The translations under genes were made by a program, and so were the position numbers. The notes beneath the pieces were generated by a model, which made no database searches, was not told where the DNA came from, and saw only the letters and a list, made by a program, of their open reading frames with translations. A stretch of 59,859 nt of DNA, filler included, from Sanchytrium tribonematis (lineage: Eukaryota): assembly GCA_018985235.1 (NCBI GenBank). It is 5 parts of 5 records of this genome, joined end to end, with 100 filler letters (N's around TTAATTAATTAA, not from the genome) between each part and the next. Parts side by side here need not be neighbours in the genome. Positions count along the whole stretch, not along the records: positions 1 to 11,910 come from JADGIG010000239.1; positions 12,011 to 23,916 come from JADGIG010000240.1; 3 more parts are not named here. One strand, given 5' to 3'. Positions 10,193 to 20,149 of this stretch are shown here, piece by piece. Numbering within the stretch: position 1 is the stretch's first letter; each line of letters starts with the position of its first letter.

Positions 10193-11354
10193 ATGAGTTT
10201 CAGTTTTGCAAATAACAATTCTGGCTTTGGTACTCAACCAAAAACTACATTCGGCCAAGCTCAACCCCAAAGTACTTCGGGCTTTTCCTTCGGCCAAACA
10301 GGACAGTCTTCAGGGTTTGGACAACAGCCAACTGAGTTTGGTCAACATTCCTCAGGATTCGGCGGTCAACAGCAAAATTCCGGTTTTGGACAGCAGCAGA
10401 ATACGGGAATAGGTCAAATTAATAATCAAGGAACTGGATTTGGTTTTAATAATCAACAATCGAATACTACTGCTTTTGGTCAACAAAATATTTCTTCCGG
10501 ATTCGGACAACAAAATGCAAGCTTTGGTAGTCAACCCGGTTTTGGTAATAAATCAGTAGGGTTTGGCTTTGGAAACACACAACAGCAAAGTGGAATTGGT
10601 TTTTCTTTTGGTCAACAACCCCAACAAAACGGCTTTCAGAATCAATTTACCCAGCAAAATCAACCACCAACAAATCCGCCCATTGTGTCGGATCTACTTG
10701 AAGCTTATGGATCGTTTATGGATCCAACTAAGTCAGTGTTTATCCATCCATTTTATAATTTGGTCCATCCAAATGACAAACAGACATATGGAAAACCACC
10801 ACAAGTGAATGAGCTGCTTTACCAACAAGCACAACAAGCTGCACCGGATGAGAATTTTGTTGTTGCATTTGCTTTAGGCCCTGGAGATGTTAAGAATAGA
10901 CTAAATATTCAAAACGAAAAATTTGTAGATCTTGAAAATAGAGTCGCTTCTATTGAAACAGAGGTTGGCACTGTATCTAAAAGCATCTCTGAATATTCTT
11001 CTAGAATTGAGAGTATGAAAAGAAAACATTTAAATTTAATTGAAAAGACTACTCAGGTATTTTAGACTTATTCAGATGTACACAAAACTGTCTATATATC
11101 AAAGAAGTACGCTAACTCAGGGTGAATTGGAACTTTATGACCGTTTCAAAGAACTTCACGATAAATCACAAAAGATCAATATACAAGGAAGATTGCAAGA
11201 GCCAGAGGCTTTTGACATTGATGAAGAAGCAGTTCCAGTCTTTTATGAGACTTTATCTGAAATGAATGACAGAATTCGAAATTTAACGTCGAAAATCCAA
11301 AAAGATATTAAAGTAATGTTGGAAATGAATTCTTTACTCACCAACATCAAATAA
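10193..11354 (+). CDS. NUP57: FG nucleoporin Nup57/Nup54; two exons, 10193-11056 and 11076-11354
   Basis: FG/Q-rich N-terminus; FYNLVHP...KPPQVNELLYQQA...GPGDVKNR alpha/beta region; coiled-coil C-terminus. Confidence 0.85.
11057..11075 (+). other. 19-nt spliceosomal intron in NUP57
   Basis: GTATTTTAGACTTATTCAG after exon-end CAG; phase 0; removes an in-frame TAG. Confidence 0.88.
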
Positions 11355-11355
11355 A

Positions 11356-11910
11356 TTACATAAAAGCTAGTCTTTTGAGATTTTCATAACCAGTAAGTTT
11401 TTCAGTATTTGTTAGTCTTTCAAATTGAAAAGGTGTATTTGGTGGCGGATTGAATTTAAATGTGGTTATGACTAGTGGATCATCTGCTGGGAGTGCAGCA
11501 ATGGATTTCTTTCTAGGAACTGGAGGAGGAACGGGATTTCGCTTTGCCGGTGGAGGGGGTGGGGGTTTTCTTTTGCTCGCAGATGATCTGCGATCTAAAA
11601 ATTCTCCTGAACCAAGACTTTCTCTTGAAGCACTCAATGAAGTTGGTTTGGACGGAGACTTGGGAGGATTTAAAGAAGAAGGTGCTAAAGCCTCTATGGA
11701 AGAGTTTGGAATCTTTTGGGGCAATATAGGAGGCAGTGTAGAAGGCGGTGACACTGGAGATTTTGATGGGAAAGCTGGAACAGAGGGCGGAGGAATGTTG
11801 GGAATATTTTGAGGGGGTCGGAGCGGGATTTGTCCAGATATCGGCAAATTAGGTCTTATACTGGGAACAGGTGGCCGTGATATCGGCACATTAGTTTTGG
11901 ATTGTTCTTG
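11356..11910 (-). CDS. Partial proline-rich protein (verprolin/WIP-like or other SH3-ligand protein); 5' end truncated by the contig edge
   Basis: Multiple PPPPP and PxxPxR motifs; frame open to the gap. Confidence 0.6.
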   Translation of the reverse strand, partial: QEQSKTNVPISRPPVPSIRPNLPISGQIPLRPPQNIPNIPPPSVPAFPSKSPVSPPSTLPPILPQKIPNSSIEALAPSSLNPPKSPSKPTSLSASRESLGSGEFLDRRSSASKRKPPPPPPAKRNPVPPPVPRKKSIAALPADDPLVITTFKFNPPPNTPFQFERLTNTEKLTGYENLKRLAFM

Positions 11911-12010
11911 NNNNNNNNNNNNNNNNNNNNNNNNNNNNNNNNNNNNNNNNNNNNTTAATTAATTAANNNNNNNNNNNNNNNNNNNNNNNNNNNNNNNNNN
12001 NNNNNNNNNN
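11911..12010. other. Artificial contig linker
   Basis: N run + TTAATTAATTAA (stops in all frames) + N run, 100 nt. Confidence 0.98.
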
Positions 12011-12228
12011 TTGTTTAATTGTTCCATTTCTGTTACATTAAATGCAGATGCTACAGTTTCAATGCCATGTTTTTCCAATTCAAATCCATTTTCATCAAAT
12101 CTACAACTATGCTGCACCAAATTATACTTTGTCGAAATAGTTCTTGATCCAATATTTTGACATCCCATTGTTTTTAAATCAATAGATTCAAATGAAAACA
12201 CATTTAAAATGGCAATCAACATGCACAT
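12011..12228 (-). CDS. Partial paralog of the secreted CmcJ/NvfI-like protein family
   Basis: MCMLIAILNVFSFESIDL...C...FELEKHGIETV parallels YESLDFTQC...FDLKQHGIQII of the adjacent gene. Confidence 0.65.
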
Positions 12229-12313
12229 GTAAACAACAACGTCTTTCGAACATGATTTGTACCCAGTTGTAACTGCTAATGTCCAATCAGCATCTTGTAG
12301 CACATCACAAAAT

Positions 12314-13099
12314 TTATTTGTAATCATTTGTTTCCACGCGTTCTTTAAATCTAAATTCAATAGATTGTCTATCAAATTCTATCCCATAATCTACAGATGA
12401 ATGGAAATAATAATTTGAATTAAAAACAATGGCATCTCCAGTCTCAATATCTTCAAATACAATGGCATCATAATTATGATCATTTTTTGGAATTAATATT
12501 CTTAAATCTTCAACGACAGCTGTGTGATCATCATCACCAGGTCCAATAAAATGTAAATTATGATTTTTAATGGGTTTCCCTAAATTAACCCACACATTAA
12601 AGGTTTCTTCTTGTTTCATTTCTTCAGCAAATAATGTCTGTCTACTCTGTCCATTATTCCAATCTGTTCCCATAAATTCACTTCCAATGATATCTTGATG
12701 AAATAGGGTAATGGGTGCTCTATTGCCATATCCTAATCTTGAATCTCTTGAAGTAAAATCAACACAACACATTTGCATTCTAAATTTGTCTTCCAATATG
12801 TCTTGAATTTTCTCACATTTGCCAATCTTTATTTCTTCGTTATTCCTCACTAAATCTTGAACATCTTTGAAATTGAATATACCTTTTATAATTTGAATTC
12901 CATGTTGTTTTAAATCAAATGAATTTTCATTTGCATTACATGTCTGGTTTCTTAATCTGTAAATGAGTTCATCTCTCTCAAGTTCTTTCTTATATTCGTC
13001 ATTTAATTTGGCAAATATAGTGACAATATCTTCACTCTGGCTACATTGTGTAAAATCTAATGATTCATACGCCATTATATTTATCAGAATAGCCCACAT
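12314..13099 (-). CDS. Signal-peptide protein with CmcJ/NvfI (AsaB-like) Fe(II)/2-oxoglutarate oxygenase motifs
   Basis: Hydrophobic start MWAILINIMA; FDLKQHGIQI, HQD, NVWVNLGKPIKNHNL, GDAIVF, FHSS, RQSIEFR. Confidence 0.7.
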   Translation of the reverse strand: MWAILINIMAYESLDFTQCSQSEDIVTIFAKLNDEYKKELERDELIYRLRNQTCNANENSFDLKQHGIQIIKGIFNFKDVQDLVRNNEEIKIGKCEKIQDILEDKFRMQMCCVDFTSRDSRLGYGNRAPITLFHQDIIGSEFMGTDWNNGQSRQTLFAEEMKQEETFNVWVNLGKPIKNHNLHFIGPGDDDHTAVVEDLRILIPKNDHNYDAIVFEDIETGDAIVFNSNYYFHSSVDYGIEFDRQSIEFRFKERVETNDYK

Positions 13100-13360
13100 G
13101 ATGATGTGGATCGTGATTTGGTTTTGATTTGAAATTGTAATTTGTGTTTCAATTAGAGCCAATCAAATCATTGTACAAGAATACACAAGTAAATTGTGAC
13201 TAGTCATTACATTAGACATTTCAAATCATTGAAAAGTGATTTACTTGACTGACTGATCACGCTGATTGATTTCAAGAATTTAGCACATTCTGTGATTGGT
13301 TCCTTTTATGAATCTGTCTGAGATTGTATTCAAAAAGAGAATGGATCCCCTGTTGGAATA

Positions 13361-13741
13361 ATGATTTTGATTTTATTTGCATTCATGGTATATGGAGGAG
13401 AAGGTCCAGTAGAAGGTATTTCACTAGAAGGTGATCGAGGGCGAGATCCAAATCCAAATGCACGAGAAGGTGAATCTGGTACGTATACTTTAACAAATCC
13501 GGGAGAACCTGTAGAATTCGGTGATCCTTTAAAGTATAATCTAAAGCAGCAAGAATCAGTAGATACAGCCAAGAAAGAACTCATGGATAAAATTAAAGAC
13601 AAGTTTCCAAGTCGAAAAACCATTGAGAAATATGTATCGAGTGCACTTGCTATTGCAGCAGTAATTGCCATTATTGCATTTCTCATTGGTGCCATGATTG
13701 ATATGAAAGATCATCCAGGAACCACTTATGTGACACCACCA
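13361..13741 (+). CDS. Signal-peptide plus single-TM protein; 3' end probably replaced by the LINE insertion
   Basis: MILILFAFMVYGG; acidic/Pro linker; TM ALAIAAVIAIIAFLIGAM; same architecture as genes at 26978 and 27680; the ORF runs into the antisense LINE tail. Confidence 0.6.
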
Positions 13742-13768
13742 TTTTTTTGTTATGAAGTGATTTATTTA

Positions 13769-16700
13769 TCAATTGTCTCGCCCCTCTCGTGCTCTCTCTG
13801 CCTGTGCCTCGGTTTCTGCTATGCATTTTCTAGTAAATACCCTCATTTTACCTAGTTGCTTGCGAATTGCATCTCGCATTTTATTGGTTGCATCCAACCA
13901 TTTTACAGCACGACCAAAAGTCATCCGTCCATCACACATATATAAATCCTGTAGTGCATATTCTTCTAATACTAATGTATACTTGTTGGTGTACAAAACA
14001 AATGGATGATTTTGAGTTGGTTGTAAACTGCACAGATAATCCGCCAAGTTATTTGGCAAGCAGTTACTATGCCCTTTGACCCATTTTAATTCAATATTCT
14101 TGATATTGGGGTTGGTCTGCTGGATAATATCAATGGAACTGATTTTTCGAAAGGAAATATTTTCCTGATAATTTTTGATGGTTTCAATTGCTCCCCGTGA
14201 ATCGCTGCAAATCATCACATCTAATTCCCAATTAATGCGAGTATCGTTACATGCCAGACATATTGCAAGTATTTCAGCACGAGTACTAGAATCAATGATT
14301 AAATCACTGACTTCAAATGACTCAAAATACACACCATTATCAGAGATGATGACGTAGCTTGCCCATCCAAATTTACCCACTTTGGATCCATCTGTGTATA
14401 CCATTACTTTATCAGGTACAATATAATCACTCAATAAACCATGATTTCCTCGTATAATCCTATTTAATTGGATCAAATCGTCTCGTGAATTTGACATGCC
14501 ATAATTGGCAGACACGTATTCTTCCGTCATATTAGCAAAGAAACAGTGTAATACACCTGATTTATGCTCATGAGTGCCATTACAGTTATCACATTCCACA
14601 GAAACACGTGGGATTTGCTTTTTAATAAATGGAATTAATCCTCTGTATTTCTCTTCTACTTGATAATACTGCTTAATGGGTTGCATTGAATACTTCATAG
14701 TGGGTACATATGCTGTATTTCCATTTGATTCCTTGCCAACTCTGTGATTATTCCATTTTATGTGCAATCCACACCAACGAGTGTAGTAATCTGTAAAAGC
14801 AAACATGTCATAGATGTCTTCTAATTTCGTATCACCAGCAGTACCGGAGAAATCTCTCACTGTGGTCAATATGAACGAATTTATGCGTCTAGCCAACTTG
14901 GCATCTGGTTCAAATATTTGAAGTGAATAATCAAGTATTGGGACTAAATACGTTTGTATTGTCTTCATTATCAACTCCATCTTGATGCCACTATATTTAA
15001 AGATTCCGGCACGCACCAGATTTGTCTTTTTAGCATACGCCTTTTCTAGATTCCATTTAATTTGAGTCTTTTTACACAATCCCTTACGATTTAATGCTAT
15101 TCCAAGGTACTTCTTGTACATATCACTGTCAATAACCTCTGTTTTATCATTATTTAGTTCCAAACCAATGCTTTTTAATCTTCTTTTCAAATCAGATTCA
15201 ACTTGATGGCGATAACCTGAACGAGTGAGCAGTATTATGTCATCCGCAAATACAACAATATGGCTATTGCTAGTATCCCAATTATCTAGTGCATTATCCA
15301 GCACTTTTGCAAAAATACCCGGACTTGCTTTTCCCCCTTGTATCACGCCAGATGACGTTGCAAACCCACTGGAGTAGTACTTTCCCAGTTTGATTTTAAG
15401 TACTTGATCCTTTACTAGATTCCAAAGTGCCCTTTTCCAAACAGTATCCAAATTTAAGTCCAGGATCATGCTCAGAATGGCAGATCTTTTCAAGGTATCA
15501 AAAGCCTGCCTTGCATCATATTTTACAATCAACCAACCAGGATGCGCTTTAATCAATTCGTTGAGGTCATAAGCAGCATCAAGGCAACTTGAATTCTTCT
15601 TGAAGGCATATTGCTTGTCAGATGTCTCCAATTCGACTCCCAGCATCTGGAGCAATAAACCTTCAAATAATTTACGTAAATGACTAGCCAAAGCGATTGG
15701 GCGATGGCAATCAATCCTCTCCTTTCTCCCTCTCTTAAAAATTGGCACTATTGATATATTTATGAAGATATCTGGAAATATCCCACATTTGATAATCAAG
15801 TTAAATAAGTCCAAGATGGCTCTGACTCCACTTGCTGGTAGATATTTAATCATCTCATTGGTCACTAGGTCTTCACCAGCACTTTTTCCCATCGGCAATT
15901 GACTGATTTGGATCATCATGTCACTAAATAGGAATTGGGCTTCTGGATCATCATGGCTGTGAATGAACCATCGACATGGCTCTAATTTGTCATCAGCATT
16001 CCATTTTGCCTGCCATACCTCTTGATAATCCTCCAATTTGTCCACTTTTAACTCGGATTTGTTTTGGAACTTGTGAGAACTGCGATTGGATGTTTCTTTA
16101 ATAAACTCAATTCTATTCTGTTTACAGCGTCTATTACGCCAGTTGTCAAGTCTATTCTTCTTCAATTTCTTGATTTTACGTCTAATAGTGTGAGTAAATC
16201 CAGATTTGAGTAATTCTTCCCCAATTTCCTCTTCTTCTGCTGTAAAATCTACTGCCTGTCTAACATTGCTATATTTACATATTTTACCAGCCGATTGGAC
16301 TATCCCATCCACTAATTTCAATGATGCTTTATTTAAATCGTCTTTGATGCGTTTTTCATCATGATCTGGATGAATTTGGTTAATGATGTTATAGTAGTTC
16401 CTAAAATCAAAGTGATTCTCAAAGTGCTCTTCATATTCCTGCTTTCTGTCGTGGAGTAAATAAGATTTGATTTTTGATTCTTTTTCACGGGGTTGTATTG
16501 CAACATCCAATTTCAATGTCAAAATAATCATTGAATGCTCACTCAATTCAGTACGCACAGCGGTGATATCTCTCACAAAGTGAAGGACATTTCCGTTTCC
16601 AGTGGCATGATCAATGTTTGATTCCCGAATCCCATTTTTAGTGTATTTGATAAATGTAGAGTCTGGTGGCTTATCAATCAGTACCTGTCCAAGACTGAAC

Positions 16701-17647
16701 AGTCTATCCATCATTGCATATTCAATAGACAATTTGGCACGGGCCAGATTCAAGTTCCAATCCCCTATGATGATGGTCTTTTTATCCACCCATTTGGCAA
16801 GTTTTTGATTAAAAAACTCCATTTTATCAACATCTCGAGAAGCAGGCAGATAGATAGCGAGAATATTTAGATTATCATTCAATTTTAGCTTGATATGATA
16901 TGGGGAAATGGAGATGACCATATCCGACAAATCAAGATTTCCATACTTGGGATTAACAGTCATACACATCCCGTAATTATTTTTAATTGTATCTGATGCT
17001 ACTCTACACCACCTAGGGGCTTTTCGCAATCCATTCATCTTTGTCTCAGAACAGATAACAATATCCACATTTTCACGTCTATGAAGCTTGTAAACACCAT
17101 AGTGACTGCCTTGAAAGCCATTTACATTGAAATATGCCACCTTGAGAGACGATTTATCCAAATTTTCAATTTTATGGCGACTTCCTCCTTTCAATTCACC
17201 AGCAGCAAACAGCACATCTAGATGCCTAATATGGGTATTGACATCCACTCTTCTACCATTTAATAAAATTTTACACTTTTTGAACCAAAACGGAAATATT
17301 TCTGAAATATTGAAATTTTCATCTACCCATTTTATGTGTCTTTTGCCATTCCAAAGACGCAATTCAATGCATTTTTGCTTACTGATATGTTTGAAAGAAG
17401 TATTATAGGCTTTAATTGACGACGATTTAGTGATTTTGCAATTTTGCTTGAAATCTTGAAAATCAGTCAAATTCCCTGTTGTTTCAAAAAATCCACCAAA
17501 AATGCCCATGAGTGGGAGAAATGACAAGAATATTACCGCAAAATAAAGCAGTTCAAATTGGTTGAAGGTGTCAATATCTTCATAGACTCGTTCAAAGTGA
17601 AAACATATATCCACACGGCAAATTTTTTCCAATTCCAAATGTGTCAA
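13769..17647 (-). CDS. LINE pol-like ORF: hydrophobic segment, ubiquitin-like domain, APE endonuclease, reverse transcriptase, Cys/His motif, RNase H
   Basis: APE: YFNVNG, SETK, GDWN, SNIDH, SEH. RT: HRPIAL, QYAF, DARQAFD, GVIQG, FADD, KYLG. RNase H: YTDGS, RAEI, SDS, WVKGH, NNLAD. Confidence 0.92.
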   Translation of the reverse strand: MTHLELEKICRVDICFHFERVYEDIDTFNQFELLYFAVIFLSFLPLMGIFGGFFETTGNLTDFQDFKQNCKITKSSSIKAYNTSFKHISKQKCIELRLWNGKRHIKWVDENFNISEIFPFWFKKCKILLNGRRVDVNTHIRHLDVLFAAGELKGGSRHKIENLDKSSLKVAYFNVNGFQGSHYGVYKLHRRENVDIVICSETKMNGLRKAPRWCRVASDTIKNNYGMCMTVNPKYGNLDLSDMVISISPYHIKLKLNDNLNILAIYLPASRDVDKMEFFNQKLAKWVDKKTIIIGDWNLNLARAKLSIEYAMMDRLFSLGQVLIDKPPDSTFIKYTKNGIRESNIDHATGNGNVLHFVRDITAVRTELSEHSMIILTLKLDVAIQPREKESKIKSYLLHDRKQEYEEHFENHFDFRNYYNIINQIHPDHDEKRIKDDLNKASLKLVDGIVQSAGKICKYSNVRQAVDFTAEEEEIGEELLKSGFTHTIRRKIKKLKKNRLDNWRNRRCKQNRIEFIKETSNRSSHKFQNKSELKVDKLEDYQEVWQAKWNADDKLEPCRWFIHSHDDPEAQFLFSDMMIQISQLPMGKSAGEDLVTNEMIKYLPASGVRAILDLFNLIIKCGIFPDIFINISIVPIFKRGRKERIDCHRPIALASHLRKLFEGLLLQMLGVELETSDKQYAFKKNSSCLDAAYDLNELIKAHPGWLIVKYDARQAFDTLKRSAILSMILDLNLDTVWKRALWNLVKDQVLKIKLGKYYSSGFATSSGVIQGGKASPGIFAKVLDNALDNWDTSNSHIVVFADDIILLTRSGYRHQVESDLKRRLKSIGLELNNDKTEVIDSDMYKKYLGIALNRKGLCKKTQIKWNLEKAYAKKTNLVRAGIFKYSGIKMELIMKTIQTYLVPILDYSLQIFEPDAKLARRINSFILTTVRDFSGTAGDTKLEDIYDMFAFTDYYTRWCGLHIKWNNHRVGKESNGNTAYVPTMKYSMQPIKQYYQVEEKYRGLIPFIKKQIPRVSVECDNCNGTHEHKSGVLHCFFANMTEEYVSANYGMSNSRDDLIQLNRIIRGNHGLLSDYIVPDKVMVYTDGSKVGKFGWASYVIISDNGVYFESFEVSDLIIDSSTRAEILAICLACNDTRINWELDVMICSDSRGAIETIKNYQENISFRKISSIDIIQQTNPNIKNIELKWVKGHSNCLPNNLADYLCSLQPTQNHPFVLYTNKYTLVLEEYALQDLYMCDGRMTFGRAVKWLDATNKMRDAIRKQLGKMRVFTRKCIAETEAQAERAREGRDN

Positions 17648-17689
17648 ATAAATCTTTCTTTTTAGCTGATACTTAGTGATTGTATTGAC

Positions 17690-18250
17690 TTAGCAATGCT
17701 TTATGGCATCAAAATGAACAAACATGACTGAATTTGTTATATTTTCCTGTTTTGACATTCTAAGATTATAATAAAGTTCTTCAGCTGAATCTTTTAATCG
17801 TTGTATCTCACATTTAACTATATCTGGATGTTGTTTAATTACAGACATCCAATAAAACTCATCAATTCCTACAAATTGCATGTTGGAATAGCGATTTTTT
17901 AATTTTGAAAAAATTTTGATGATTTTTGGCAAGTATTTTTTCTTGCAAATTATCTCTATGAAATCTCCGTTATAAATGGATCGCATTTCATCAAAATAAT
18001 GGGCGCTACCTTTGAATCTGCCCCAAAGGTACCTACGCAATGACTTTGCACATATATCTGGTGGCACATTTGCCAAAATAAATCTTTTATGTTTTCTCAT
18101 GTCATAATACGCGTAAGTATTATTGGGTTTGCAATGAATAGTAAAATGACTATTCGTTTCTCTGTTCAAATGTGAAAATGAACTGTTTATTATGCGCGAA
18201 AATTGACGCAATCGAGGCGGATCTTCCAAATCGAAATCCCCTCGTGTCAT
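17690..18250 (-). CDS. LINE ORF1-like region, in frame with pol across a single TAA
   Basis: 186-aa ORF directly upstream of pol; homologous decayed copy near 19130-19500. Confidence 0.65.
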   Translation of the reverse strand: MTRGDFDLEDPPRLRQFSRIINSSFSHLNRETNSHFTIHCKPNNTYAYYDMRKHKRFILANVPPDICAKSLRRYLWGRFKGSAHYFDEMRSIYNGDFIEIICKKKYLPKIIKIFSKLKNRYSNMQFVGIDEFYWMSVIKQHPDIVKCEIQRLKDSAEELYYNLRMSKQENITNSVMFVHFDAIKHC

Positions 18251-19129
18251 AGACAGATCATATTGTCAAATTAATTGAATGACAGTGATAAAATGAATAA
18301 AAAGACTGAATTGATATTGGGATTGATTTGGTAGCAATCAAGCAGTTTTGGCAATTACATGATACTGCCAAAGCATCTGTTACATTCTTCAACTTCATTT
18401 CTTTCCTTAAACAATCAGCAACAAAATCACCATTCAACAAAGCCTGCAATTCCGAATTTATACTGCTTCAATGGAATTGCCGTCCAATAATTCCATATTA
18501 TATTCAGTATTGCTTTTCAATTTGAATACCGTATTTTGCAAAAATTGTTCTAAGACTGGAGAAATCTCTTCAACATGAATAATTTTCTTTTCTAAACCAA
18601 ATATGTCGCTCAAAGCAATCAATCAAAATTATCAACAATTTAAAAATTAAATGTTTTGATTTCATGGGTATACTAGATCAACATTCGCATTTGAGGAAAA
18701 ATATATTCCTTCAACTAACATTTTCATGGTGTTTTTAATATTGGAATGTAACTGGTCTTCAATTGGATTAATTTGTGCTAGAGACATACAAGTAACGGTC
18801 CTGTCTTTGATTTGGAATTTGAATTAACTTGAATCTTGAATTTGAATCCGAATTTTTAAAGAATTTGAATAATTTGTGAATTTGACTTTACTGAAGAATT
18901 TCGAAGTCTAACAAGAGATGATTCTGTTTAACAAATGCACACAATTCCAAATTTTAACGTCTGTATTCATATATGGGTGTGAGTCTTGATACGTCAAATC
19001 TTCGAAGGATCTGTGTGTTGCACACACTGTAGGCACAATTTCAAAATAACTGCTAGCCTATTCAGTTAGTTTGGCATCTAGCCTATTTATGTCACTTCTG
19101 CCGAGTCAGCTACTATGGGCCACCGGGTT

Positions 19130-20110
19130 TGACTTCTGAAAACATTATGAGGTATATTCGTGGTCATTACAAAAGCTGTGACCATTTATTTGCCGAAATG
19201 CAGCAGATATACGACAATTTGAAATTATTTGTAAAAAAGTACATTTGCCCCGAATCAGCACGATATTTAGTCAAATGAAGACTAAATTAACAAAATTTGA
19301 TGTGTTTGGCAATTCAGAATCTGGATGGATTTAATTAAGTCGATGATATTTTACAATATGAAATTGAAAGACTCAAAGAGGCACCCGTCGATCTGTTTTA
19401 TAAATTGCAATTATCAAAAAGTGGACATAATATGAATTCTGTCAGCTATGTGTATTGTGGTAGTACCAAATATCTTCTACAAAAGAAGTATTTATTAGAA
19501 ATATATAGGGCTTGAGAGATTGTGCTCATCCGATTTGTGGAATTATCATCTACCCTGCGATGATAAAACAACATTTACAACATTTGAGTTACTCATGTTT
19601 CTGCAATGTTTTTTGTGGATGTCAAATTAAATGCTTATTGTATCTCCTAAACCAGTTTCTAGCACCATAACATAGTTTGTCAAGCACCCTCGCTGCAAAA
19701 CAATATTGGAAACTACATCAACAAGCACCTGCTTCTCTATCTTGAGGAATGGTTTAAATTTGTCCCAATCACAGGATTTAAAATGGAAAGTTTTGTTCAA
19801 TTGATGTCACTTCGTAGCTCTGCTAATTTGAATCAATTTGAGATTCTAAATAGTAAAATATCAGATGTGAGCATCTCTGCCAGTCATGGTTATGATTTGC
19901 GAGATAGATCGACAAAAAATAGACAAGCAACATTAAAAATTAATTTGCAACCACCCACAATGAAGGTACAGACACCTCCAATCCGATCAGGATTGAAGAG
20001 AATTTCTTTTAATAATATAGATGGACTACAGAAGAAGGCATTTGCAATTATGCCAATAATGGAATCAAACTCTAAAGACATTTTGATTCCAGATGAAATA
20101 GAGTAGAAGT
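19130..20110 (+). pseudogene. Decayed 5' part of a related LINE in the opposite orientation
   Basis: Frameshifted translations FEIICKKVHLPRI, EIERLKEAPVDLFYKL, TFTTFELLMF, ISFNNIDGL...DILIPDE match IEIICKKKYLPKI, EIQRLKDSAEELYYNL, TFNQFELLYF, YFNVNG...DIVICSE of the intact element. Confidence 0.75.
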
Positions 20111-20149
20111 GTAAACATGAAGCAATTTGGTACTTAAATATTGATGTTC

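Larger units (their letters stand above)
13742..18250 (-). mobile_element. Non-LTR retrotransposon (APE + RT + RNase H), near intact; 5' boundary not defined
   Basis: Long ORF with APE, RT and RNase H motifs; stop at 13769 followed by AATAAA and an A7 tail ending at 13742. Confidence 0.9.

Noticed and set aside
11955..11966. Palindromic TTAATTAATTAA repeated four times in the window
   Set aside because: Always centred in 100-nt N spacers between length-sorted contigs; an artificial six-frame stop linker
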